Shown here: positions 1-7,638 of the stretch, one piece after another
How the letters are laid out: each line of letters starts with the position of its first letter
How positions within the stretch are numbered: the first letter of the stretch is position 1
Assembly (NCBI GenBank): GCA_031431875.1
Contig: JANPEF010000125.1
Coordinates: forward strand, 1 to 22,569
Origin: Candidatus Eiseniibacteriota bacterium
GTDB taxonomy: Bacteria > Eisenbacteria > RBG-16-71-46 > DASYSL01
Reading direction: 5' to 3'
Length of the DNA: 22,569 nucleotides
Position numbers and translations under genes: made by a program
Notes under the pieces: generated by a model
What the model was told of the DNA's origin: nothing
Seen by the model: the letters and a program-made list of their open reading frames with translations, nothing else
Database searches by the model: none

Positions 1-26
1 GCCGAGCGCGACCGGTCGTGTCATCG

Positions 27-416
27 TCACGCCGCCGCCGGATCCGGCTGCATCATGCCGAGGATGTTGCCGTCGGGATCGATGATGTAGGCGAGCCAGC
101 CCATGCCCGGGATCGGCATCTTGGGCACCGCGACCGTCGCGCCCAACGTCAGGCTCTTCGCCACCTGGCCATCGAGGGCATCGACCCCGACGGTGCATAC
201 GTACGCATTGACCGGCGCTCCGTGCGGGGCGGCGGCGCCGCGGCGCTGAACGAGGCCACCGTTGATGCCGGGCGTGCCGTCGGGGCCGGTGACGATGAGC
301 CAGTAGTCCATGGGGCCGGGAAACTTCTGGAAGGTCCAGCCGAACAGCGCGGTGTAGAAGTCGACGAGCACCTGCGGCGTGGTGGCGTGGATCTCGAAGT
401 GCAGGACGCGGGACAT
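27..416 (-). CDS. VOC/glyoxalase-bleomycin-resistance family protein
   Basis: 129 aa; N-terminal 'VLHFEIHA', 'GINGGL', C-terminal 'GMGWLAYIIDPDGNILGMMQ' are typical of this VOC subfamily; GGAG RBS upstream. Confidence 0.9.
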   Translation of the reverse strand: MSRVLHFEIHATTPQVLVDFYTALFGWTFQKFPGPMDYWLIVTGPDGTPGINGGLVQRRGAAAPHGAPVNAYVCTVGVDALDGQVAKSLTLGATVAVPKMPIPGMGWLAYIIDPDGNILGMMQPDPAAA

Positions 417-425
417 GCGGGTCTC

Positions 426-926
426 CTAGAAGTTGCCGGTCTTGAGGTTGTCGCGGAACAGGTGACCCGCGGCGTTGGCGCCGATGATTTCGGTGACGAC
501 CCCGATCGCAGCACGGGTGTCGAAGTAGCCGATGCGCGCCATGGGCATCGAGAAGCCCTGCACCTCGGGGAAGCCGGCGTCCACCAGGTGGCCGGCCGCG
601 GCATCGTACTCGGACTCGTCGAGCCAGTAGGCGATGTGCTGCACGCCGTCGCCGTGCTGCTCGATCCACTGCTGGTACATGCTCGCGCCCGACACGGGCT
701 GGATCAACTCGATCTGCGTGTCGCCCGCGTAGGCGATCGACAGGTGGATGACCCAGTCGGCCGGCTTGCCCAGGTACGTTCCGTTGGTGTCCTTGGCCGA
801 GAGGTTGTTGAAGCGGAGGAACTTCGGGACGCCCATCAGCTTCCGGAAGAACTTTTCCGAGGCCTCGATGTCGCGGACGACCCATGCGACCTGGCAGAAC
901 GAGGGAGCGAGAATGGGTGGGCTCAT
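426..926 (-). CDS. VOC family protein (methylmalonyl-CoA epimerase / Glyoxalase_4-like)
   Basis: Likely start is the ATG at 926 (MSPPILAPSFCQVAWVVRDIE), overlapping the upstream stop (ATGA); motifs 'IELIQP', 'GDGVQHIAY', 'VVTEII' carry the VOC metal-site residues. Confidence 0.85.
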   Translation of the reverse strand: MSPPILAPSFCQVAWVVRDIEASEKFFRKLMGVPKFLRFNNLSAKDTNGTYLGKPADWVIHLSIAYAGDTQIELIQPVSGASMYQQWIEQHGDGVQHIAYWLDESEYDAAAGHLVDAGFPEVQGFSMPMARIGYFDTRAAIGVVTEIIGANAAGHLFRDNLKTGNF

Positions 927-1291
927 TTGAGGGCCTCCACCATCACCTGGAACCCACCGTAGAGCATGCGCTTCACGTCGAACGGGTTCTCCTTCAGGTC
1001 CATCATCGCGAGGATGCGCGAATCCTTCATCACCTTCTTGTTCACCTGGTTGCGATGCGTCTTCGACTTGTAGACGATCCACGAGAAGATCGCGGTGTCG
1101 CCACGCTTGTTGTCGAGCAGGCGCGGAAACGTCGACGGCATCTTCTGCGCAAGGTCCTCGCCGACACACTCGCGATACTCGAGCGCGCCGTGCTCCATCC
1201 ACACCTTGCACGCCTTCTGCGCCAGCTTCTTGTAGGCTGCGACGTTCTTCCGCGGGATCGGGATCAGGAATCCATCGACGTAGCGCGCCAT
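923..1291 (-). CDS. DUF1428 (YbaA-like) family protein
   Basis: Last 122 aa of the 923..4570 ORF: 'MARYVDGFLIPIP...WMEHGALEYRECVGED...FSWIVYKSK..R..VNKKVMKD...PFDVKRMLYGGF'; GGAGG RBS upstream of the ATG at 1291. Confidence 0.9.
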   Translation of the reverse strand: MARYVDGFLIPIPRKNVAAYKKLAQKACKVWMEHGALEYRECVGEDLAQKMPSTFPRLLDNKRGDTAIFSWIVYKSKTHRNQVNKKVMKDSRILAMMDLKENPFDVKRMLYGGFQVMVEALK

Positions 1292-1510
1292 GGGCGGCCT
1301 CCGTTCTTGCGCGTGTGAGTCCGGGACCGTCTCGGTTGGCGATCCTACCGCTTCTCCTCCATGAGCCCGAGACGGGACGCGGGCTCCGGAGTCCGGCCCG
1401 CTCGGGGCTGCACGACGAGGGGCGGGAGCTACTGTAGCCCCGGCGCACGATCCCGGTCTATACTCCCGCCACGTTTTCCCCCCGCTCAACCGCGCACACC
1501 GGAGCCTTCC

Positions 1511-4500
1511 GTGGGAATCTTCGATCGCCTGCGCGGCAAGTCGACTCCGTTCGAGATCGCCGCCGCCCTCGAGAAGTTCTACGACGCCGCGTCCGCGCCG
1601 CGGGACATGCTGACGCAGCCGCTGTACGCGGAGGGCGTTCGGCTGGTCGCCGAGGAGGTGCGGCGCGGCCGCCCGGCCGGGGACTTTGTCTTCGGCGCCA
1701 ACGGGCTGGTTTCGCTCATGGCGATCGACGCGGTGTCCCGCCTCGCGTCCGACGACGAACTGCCGGGGGCGCTCGTGCCGCTGCTCCGTTCGGGATGGGC
1801 CTGGTCGCAGCGGCGCGCCCTCCAGCTGCTCGCCGAACGCGCCACGCGACCGATCACCGGCGAGGTGCTTCTCGTGCTCGGGCCGCACGACGAGTCCATG
1901 CGCCTCAAGTCGATGCTGCCGGACCTGCGCGAGTTCGTGCGCAGTAACCTTGCCCATGGCGTCCAGACGTTCGGCGATTCGCTCGTCGCGGCCTCGGCGG
2001 GCCAGCATGCGTTCATCGGCGAGGCCCTGCAGTTGCTCGGCGACGACGCCCCGCCGGCACTGGCCGAAGAGTTCAAGGCATCGCTCGCCTCGCGCATCGA
2101 CGTCGAGGCGCTGTCGGCGATCGGTCGCGTGCGCCAGGGCCCGGTCGAGCCCGGCTCCGAGCCCGCCGCGATCGAGCACGCGAACGCGCTTTCGCTCTGC
2201 GCCGAACTCGAGCGCCTGCTGGCCGGCGACGAGCCGCGCCCGGTGCTCCTCACCGGCGAGCCCGGCACCGGCAAGAGCACCGTGGCGCGCATGCTCGCGG
2301 CCCGCCTGCGTGCCCGGGGCTGGACCATCTTCGAGGCGGGCGCGACGGAGCTCGTCGCGGGCCAGTCGTTCGTCGGGCAATTCGAGGCGCGCGTGCAGGC
2401 GCTGGTGAAGGCGCTGGCGGGGCGGACGGTCCTGTGGATCGTTCCCTCGTTCCACGAACTGTCGTTCGCCGGAGCGCACAACCAGAACCCGATGGGTGCG
2501 CTCGAGGCGCTGCTTCCGCACGTCGAGTCCGGGCGCCTGCGCATTCTCGGCGAGACCCATCCGGCGGCGCTCGAGCAGCTTCTGGTGCGGCATCCGCGCC
2601 TGCGAGGCCTGTTCACGGTCGTGCGCGTGCTGCCCCTCGACGACACGACCACGCTCGAACTGGCCACGGCGTGCATGAGCGGCGACCACGCGCCCGATGC
2701 GGCTGTACTGCGCGAGGCCGCGCTCCTGGCGCGCCAGTACCTTTCGGACCAGGCCCAGCCCGGGTCGCTGCTGCGGCTGCTGCGCCTCACCGCGGAGCGC
2801 CTGCGCGAGGGCGGCGATCCGGCGCGCGCAATGAACACCGACAACCTGCTCGAGACGTTGTCGCTGCTCACCGGCCTGCCGCTGAGCGTGCTCGACGAGC
2901 GCCAGCAGCTCTCGCTCGACGCGCTGCGCGCGCGCTTCGAGGCGCGCGTCCTCGGTCAGCCCGATGCCGTCGACTGCCTCGTCGAGCGCGTCGCCATGAT
3001 CAAGGCCGGCGTCACCGATCCGGCCCGCCCGCTGGCCGTGTTCCTGTTCGTGGGCCCGACCGGAACCGGCAAGACCGAGCTGGCAAAGACGCTGGCCGAG
3101 TTCCTGTTCGGCGCCGCGGATCGCATGATCCGCCTCGACATGAGCGAGTTCCAGTCGCCGGACTCCATGGATGCCATCCTCGGGGATCGCGATCCGCACG
3201 CGCTCGGGCGCTCGCTGGTAAGCCAGATCCGCCGGCAGCCGTTCTCGGTCGTCCTGCTCGACGAGTTCGAGAAGGCGCATGCGAAGGTCTGGGACCTGTT
3301 CCTTCAGGTGTTCGACGACGGCCGGCTGACCGATCGCCGCGGCGCGCTGGCCGACTTCCGGCACGCGATCATCATCCTGACGTCGAACCTGGGGGCCGCG
3401 ATCCCGCGCGGCGCGCGCATCGGTTTCCGCGACGACGGCTCGGGCTTCTCGCACGCACTGGTGACGCGTTCGGTGGAGAACACGTTTCGCCGCGAGTTCG
3501 TCAACCGGCTCGATCGCATCGTCGTGTTTCGTCCGCTCGACTACGGGGTGATGCGCGACATCCTGCGCAAGGAGCTGCACGACGTGTTCCAGCGCCGCGG
3601 GCTGCGCAATCGCGAGTGGGCCGTCGAGTGGGACGAGTCCGCGATCGAGTTCCTGCTCGCGCGCGGCTTCCGCCCGGACCTGGGCGCCCGGCCGCTGCGT
3701 CGCGCCGTCGAGCAGCATCTGCTCGCGCCGCTGGCGACGACGATCGTCCGTCACGAGGTTCCCGCCGGCGACCAGTTCCTGTTCGTGCGCAGCGACGGCG
3801 AGCGCATCGAAGTACGCTTCGTCGATCCAGATGCGCCGGAGGCCGAAGATTCCGGCGAGGTGACTGTCGATGGCGCTTCGTTCGCAGCCGACGCCCCGAA
3901 CGGGTCTACGGGCGACATCGCCCCTCTGGTCATCACGGCGCACGGCACGCACGAGGAGTGGGCGCTCCTGAACGCCCGACTTACCACGCTGTCCGCCCGC
4001 ATCGCGGGCGATGCTGTACAGGCGATCAAGCATGGCGCGTTCGAGGCCATGCGCAACGCCAGCTTCTGGCGCACGCCCGATCGCTTCGTGACGCTGGGGC
4101 GGGCGGAGAATGCGGATCGGCTGGAGCACGCGCTTGATTCGGCGCGTTCGCTGCTGGCGCGACTCGAGCGCTCCGGAGGACGCGCGCGCTACCCGGCCGA
4201 CCTGGTGAAGAGCCTGGCGCAGCAGGTGCACCTGCTCGAGGCCGCGTGCGCCTCGCTCGAGGCGGGCGAGCCATGGGAGGCGTTCATTGCAGTGCGCGCC
4301 TCGTGGCAGCAGGCCGAGGACGAGCCCGCCGCACGCGCCTTCGCGCGCCGTATCGCCGCCATGTACGCCGGGTGGGCCGAGCGCCGGCGCATGCGCATCA
4401 CGGTGCTCGCCGATCCCGACATCACGCCTGCGGAGCCACGGTGGATCGCGGCGGTGTCGGGCTTCGGCGCGTTGCGGCTGCTCGCGCCCGAGCGCGGCTG

Positions 4501-4768
4501 GCACGTGCTCGAGATGTCCGAGGTCGGAGCGATCCAGCGCGCCCGCGCCGAGGTCGCCGTCGTCGCACAACCCGCCGAGCCCGCCGGCGATGCCGAGGGC
4601 GCACTGCGTGCACAGGCCGAACGCGCGCTCGCCGCGCGGGCCGACATGCCGGCGATCGTGCGCCGCTACCGCGAGGAACCGTCGCCGCTGGTGCGCGATG
4701 GGGTGCGCGGCTGGCGCACGGGGCGCCTCGACCGCGTGCTGGCCGGGGAGTTCGACGTCATTCGTTGA
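1511..4768 (+). CDS. ClpA/ClpB-type double AAA+ ATPase fused to a C-terminal release-factor (RF2/PCRF-like) region lacking GGQ
   Basis: GTG start at 1511 after GGAG. NBD1 Walker A GEPGTGKS (2255-2278). NBD2 'VLGQ..A', 'RPLAVFLFVGPTGTGKTELAK', 'DMSEF', 'VVLLDEFEKAH', 'DDGRLTD', 'TSNLGA', 'EFVNRLD', 'GARPLRR'. C-terminus resembles RF2: 'FWRTPDR', 'MYAGWAERR', 'SGFGALRLLAPERGWH', 'IVRRY...VRD..G..T....VLAGEFD'. Confidence 0.88.
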   Translation: MGIFDRLRGKSTPFEIAAALEKFYDAASAPRDMLTQPLYAEGVRLVAEEVRRGRPAGDFVFGANGLVSLMAIDAVSRLASDDELPGALVPLLRSGWAWSQRRALQLLAERATRPITGEVLLVLGPHDESMRLKSMLPDLREFVRSNLAHGVQTFGDSLVAASAGQHAFIGEALQLLGDDAPPALAEEFKASLASRIDVEALSAIGRVRQGPVEPGSEPAAIEHANALSLCAELERLLAGDEPRPVLLTGEPGTGKSTVARMLAARLRARGWTIFEAGATELVAGQSFVGQFEARVQALVKALAGRTVLWIVPSFHELSFAGAHNQNPMGALEALLPHVESGRLRILGETHPAALEQLLVRHPRLRGLFTVVRVLPLDDTTTLELATACMSGDHAPDAAVLREAALLARQYLSDQAQPGSLLRLLRLTAERLREGGDPARAMNTDNLLETLSLLTGLPLSVLDERQQLSLDALRARFEARVLGQPDAVDCLVERVAMIKAGVTDPARPLAVFLFVGPTGTGKTELAKTLAEFLFGAADRMIRLDMSEFQSPDSMDAILGDRDPHALGRSLVSQIRRQPFSVVLLDEFEKAHAKVWDLFLQVFDDGRLTDRRGALADFRHAIIILTSNLGAAIPRGARIGFRDDGSGFSHALVTRSVENTFRREFVNRLDRIVVFRPLDYGVMRDILRKELHDVFQRRGLRNREWAVEWDESAIEFLLARGFRPDLGARPLRRAVEQHLLAPLATTIVRHEVPAGDQFLFVRSDGERIEVRFVDPDAPEAEDSGEVTVDGASFAADAPNGSTGDIAPLVITAHGTHEEWALLNARLTTLSARIAGDAVQAIKHGAFEAMRNASFWRTPDRFVTLGRAENADRLEHALDSARSLLARLERSGGRARYPADLVKSLAQQVHLLEAACASLEAGEPWEAFIAVRASWQQAEDEPAARAFARRIAAMYAGWAERRRMRITVLADPDITPAEPRWIAAVSGFGALRLLAPERGWHVLEMSEVGAIQRARAEVAVVAQPAEPAGDAEGALRAQAERALAARADMPAIVRRYREEPSPLVRDGVRGWRTGRLDRVLAGEFDVIR

Positions 4769-4793
4769 GACGGGATGCGGAGGATCGGCAGCA

Positions 4794-5144
4794 TCAGATC
4801 TCGCGCCGCTTCGCCGCCGTCCCGGGGTCGCCGGTGTTCGGCGTCCCCGCGCGTTCCATGATGAGCAGATGGACTTCCTCGCGCGCGACGGGGCAATGCT
4901 CCACGCCCTTCGGCACGATGAACAGTTCTCCGGGACCGAGCTCGACGTCGCCGCCGCGCATCTGGATCGTGAGCCGTCCCTTGAGCACGAGGAACAGGTC
5001 GTCCGTGTCCGCGTGATCGTGCCACACGAACTCGCCCTGCGCCTTCACCACCATGATGTCGTGGCCGTTGAACTGCGCGACGGTGCGCGGCTGCCAGTGT
5101 TCCGTGAACGTGGTGAGCTTCGCGGCGAGGTTCACTGCGTTCAT
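4794..5144 (-). CDS. Cupin domain protein
   Basis: 116 aa; cupin motifs 'GEFVWHDHADTDDLFLVLKG' and 'GPGELFIVPKGVEHCP'; AAGGAG RBS. Confidence 0.9.
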   Translation of the reverse strand: MNAVNLAAKLTTFTEHWQPRTVAQFNGHDIMVVKAQGEFVWHDHADTDDLFLVLKGRLTIQMRGGDVELGPGELFIVPKGVEHCPVAREEVHLLIMERAGTPNTGDPGTAAKRREI

Positions 5145-5163
5145 GCGTTCGCTCCTTGGGTGC

Positions 5164-5694
5164 TCACGACTTCCACGAGAGGATGCCGAGGAACGGTTTC
5201 CACGGCCCGACGGCGGCGTCCTGCGTGCGTGCCATCACGCGCGCGATCTGCGCTAGGTGATTGAGGTCGTGCGTCGTCCACGTCGCGAGCAGCTGCCGCA
5301 TCGTGACCGGCCCGAGCGTTGGATGCAATCCGCGCGCGGCGAGTGCGTCCGCATCGAGATCGACTCGAGCGAGTTCGTGCAGGTTGTCGCGCCGCAACCG
5401 CACGAACTCGTCGAGCAGCGCGCGTGTCGTGCGCGTGCGCAGCATCTCGTCGAAGCCGAAGCGATCAAAGGGCTCGAACGCCCGCGAGTCGCCGTGCTCG
5501 CGGATCATGCGCACGCGCGGCATCCAGTCGGCGAGTTCGCCGAGAATCAGGTGGCCGAGCACCGCGCGCGGACTGAACGTGCCCGGCCCTTCGTCGGCGA
5601 GCAGCCACGCGTCAGGAAGGTCGTCGAGCCACGCGTCGAGGATCGCAGGCGTGCGGCGCAGGATGGCGAGGTGCGTCCCGGGTTCAGCGTTCAC
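5164..5694 (-). CDS. DinB/DinB_2 superfamily protein
   Basis: GTG start at 5694 overlaps the upstream TGA; 'LRRTP..L...L..LPDAW', 'FSPRAVLGHLILGE..DWMPR', 'G.HP.LGPVT..QLLATW..HDLNH..QI.R' contain the DinB His ligands. Confidence 0.88.
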   Translation of the reverse strand: MNAEPGTHLAILRRTPAILDAWLDDLPDAWLLADEGPGTFSPRAVLGHLILGELADWMPRVRMIREHGDSRAFEPFDRFGFDEMLRTRTTRALLDEFVRLRRDNLHELARVDLDADALAARGLHPTLGPVTMRQLLATWTTHDLNHLAQIARVMARTQDAAVGPWKPFLGILSWKS

Positions 5695-5990
5695 GGGAAC
5701 CTGGGGGCGTCGAGTCTCGCGAGCGACGAATTCGGCGCGATCATCCGGTAGTTGTCGACGATCATGGCGCGAACCCGGGGCCAGTCCTTCGCCCGGATCG
5801 CGCGCGCGCACTCCGACCCACCCGTGCTGTCTGACGTACGGGGCGCGGAAGAGTCGTCGGTATCGCCGCAGAGGATGTTGTCCTTCACGCGGATGTGCGG
5901 CTTCCCCGAGGTGGTCGTTTCGTGTGCATCGGGGAGCGCAAGGCAGATGGCTCGCACCTTCTCGAGAAGTGGATCCTGGCGTGGAAAGAG
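5691..5990 (-). pseudogene. MmcQ/YjbR-family gene, apparently degraded (internal deletion and frameshifts, no clear start)
   Basis: Ends match the family ('DPLLEKVRAICLALPDAHETTTSGKPHIRVKD', 'DWPRVRAMIVDNYRMIAP'). The central motif 'LFRAPYVRQHGWVGVR' sits in a shifted frame at about 5806-5853. Confidence 0.6.
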
Positions 5991-6163
5991 GATTGGACGC
6001 TCCGTTGTAGTGTGTTGCGACCCAGTACGATACCGCATAATGCGAACCGTCTTGCCGTTTCTTGCGTTGGGAAACTACGTTGTAATGCTAAGCGCAGCAA
6101 TCAATTACTAGATCCGTATGCGGATGAACCCCCCAATCCTCTACAGGTCAACGTGATCCACGA

Positions 6164-6556
6164 TCAAGCCGCTTCGAGACCACGAGGGGCCAAGGCTCGT
6201 GGAGCACGTTTCATGGCAAGTATAACTCGAACCACGGGGCCATCACGATCCAGGCCAGCACGCCGAACCGAGGGCCGCCTCAGGCCGGCGAGGTCCGGGT
6301 GGGTGAGCCGATCGCCGAGGACAAGCGCCACCGCGACCCCCACCACAAACAGCAGCGTCCGAGCGGGTCTTCCGATCCGGAGCAGCAACTCGAGAGAAGA
6401 GGAGAAGACCACCCGGTTCTTCCTCGACTGGTGGAGCGGGCTGGTCAGGACTGTGTGCGCCGGAATGAAACTCAGGAAGAGGCCGATCATCCAGCCGACG
6501 GTGCCGGCCCAGATGGCGGCGAGAAAGCGGATCGGAGCAGGCAGGGATCCGACCAT
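6164..6556 (-). CDS. Hypothetical protein with two hydrophobic segments (doubtful)
   Basis: ORF from ATG 6556 with hydrophobic stretches '[21 protein letters not shown]' and '[14 protein letters not shown]'; no recognisable family and no clear RBS. Confidence 0.3.
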   Translation of the reverse strand: MVGSLPAPIRFLAAIWAGTVGWMIGLFLSFIPAHTVLTSPLHQSRKNRVVFSSSLELLLRIGRPARTLLFVVGVAVALVLGDRLTHPDLAGLRRPSVRRAGLDRDGPVVRVILAMKRAPRALAPRGLEAA

Positions 6557-6631
6557 GGGGAGTTCATACGGGGTCTGCCCACACGAGCGGCCGCCGCCGG
6601 CTTGCCGCACCTACCAGTCCCCCGTCACCCG

Positions 6632-6647
6632 TGTTTCACGTGAAACA
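6632..6647. promoter_or_regulatory. parS: parS centromere site 1
   Basis: TGTTTCACGTGAAACA, a perfect consensus palindrome (extends to GTGTTTCACGTGAAACAC, 6631-6648), upstream of parA. Confidence 0.95.
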
Positions 6648-6709
6648 CTCAGATTCCGCAAGGGGCCCCCCGCAAGCCAGAGACCTCACCTGGAAACGGA
6701 ATCTCCGAC

Positions 6710-6725
6710 CGTTTCACGTGAAACA
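6710..6725. promoter_or_regulatory. parS: parS centromere site 2
   Basis: CGTTTCACGTGAAACA, 15/16 match to consensus, 78 bp from site 1. Confidence 0.9.
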
Positions 6726-6790
6726 TCGCCCCGCGCCCGCGTCGCATCACCCCCGCAACCTCTTGCAGCGCAGCCACCGGGAGAAGGGTA

Positions 6791-6820
6791 TTGACGCTAC
6801 CGCCACGCGCTCCGTAGTTT
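6791..6820 (+). promoter_or_regulatory. Putative sigma70-type promoter for parAB
   Basis: TTGACG-N18-TAGTTT about 60 bp upstream of the parA ATG. Confidence 0.45.
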
Positions 6821-6879
6821 GTCGAAAGCTATTCGCCTCCGCAGTCAGGACCCAGCCCCCGCAAGGATGTGATGTTCCT

Positions 6880-7638
6880 ATGGGCAAGGTGATTGCCGTC
6901 GCCAGCCAGAAGGGCGGCGTCGGAAAGACGACCACTGCGATCAACCTCAGCGCGTGCGCTGCCGATGAGGGGAAGCGCGTCTTGCTGGTCGACATCGACC
7001 CGCAGGGCAATGCGGGAAGCGGACTTGGCCTCGTTCCCGACGAGGCCGAACCAACCCTCTACGAAGTGTTGGTCGACAACTTCCCGATCGAACAGGCCAT
7101 CCACCGGGATCTCCTTCCCGGGCTCGACATGCTGCCTGGAGGGCAGAAGCTCTCGGGCGCCGAAGTCGAACTCGTGACGGTCATGGCCCGCGAGACCAAG
7201 CTCCGCCAGGCGCTGGCCACGGTCCGCGATCAGTACGACTACATCTTCATCGACTGCCCGCCGTCGCTCGGCCTCCTCACGGTGAACACGCTCACGGCCG
7301 CAGACTCGGTGCTCATCCCCCTCCAGTGTGAGTACTACGCCCTCGAGGGATTGACCCAGCTCGTCCGTACGATCCAGCTCGTCCAGGAGAACTTGAATCC
7401 CGCGCTGCGGATCGAAGGCGTGCTCCTCACCATGTTCGATGCACGCCTGAACCTCTCGCAACAGGTGGCGGACGAAGCGCGGAAGTTCTTCTCCGACCGG
7501 GTTTATCGCACCGTAATTCCCCGCAATGTTCGGCTCAGTGAAGCTCCGAGCTTCGGCAAGGCGATCATTCACTACGACGGAAGCTCTACCGGTGCAGAGA
7601 GTTATCGAGCTCTTGCCCAGGAGGTCATGACCCCATGA
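6880..7638 (+). CDS. parA: Chromosome partitioning ATPase ParA/Soj
   Basis: '[19 protein letters not shown]' deviant Walker A, 'VDIDPQGNA', '[11 protein letters not shown]', '[11 protein letters not shown]', '[14 protein letters not shown]'; 252 aa. Confidence 0.97.
   Translation: MGKVIAVASQKGGVGKTTTAINLSACAADEGKRVLLVDIDPQGNAGSGLGLVPDEAEPTLYEVLVDNFPIEQAIHRDLLPGLDMLPGGQKLSGAEVELVTVMARETKLRQALATVRDQYDYIFIDCPPSLGLLTVNTLTAADSVLIPLQCEYYALEGLTQLVRTIQLVQENLNPALRIEGVLLTMFDARLNLSQQVADEARKFFSDRVYRTVIPRNVRLSEAPSFGKAIIHYDGSSTGAESYRALAQEVMTP

Noticed and set aside
1..24. Possible start of a further minus-strand gene (ATG at 24, MTRPVALG)
   Set aside because: Only 8 codons are visible at the window edge; cannot be supported.
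1360..1445. Inverted repeats between the DUF1428 and ATPase genes (e.g. CGGGGCTGCA/TGTAGCCCCG)
   Set aside because: Short GC-rich stems are expected by chance at this composition; no recognisable RNA family or transposon end.
1292..4570. Upstream part of the 1215-aa minus-strand ORF (923..4570)
   Set aside because: Antisense shadow of the GC-rich ATPase gene; only the last 122 aa (DUF1428) have an RBS and family motifs.
1511..4768. Calling the ATPase clpA/clpB/clpV, or its tail prfB
   Set aside because: No Clp-N repeats, middle domain, GYVG loop or T6SS context, and no GGQ/SPF; these symbols would misstate function.
6683..6698. Possible fourth parS (ACCTCACCTGGAAACG); also the half-site ACGTGAAAC near 22393
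   Set aside because: Too many mismatches, or only a half-site.
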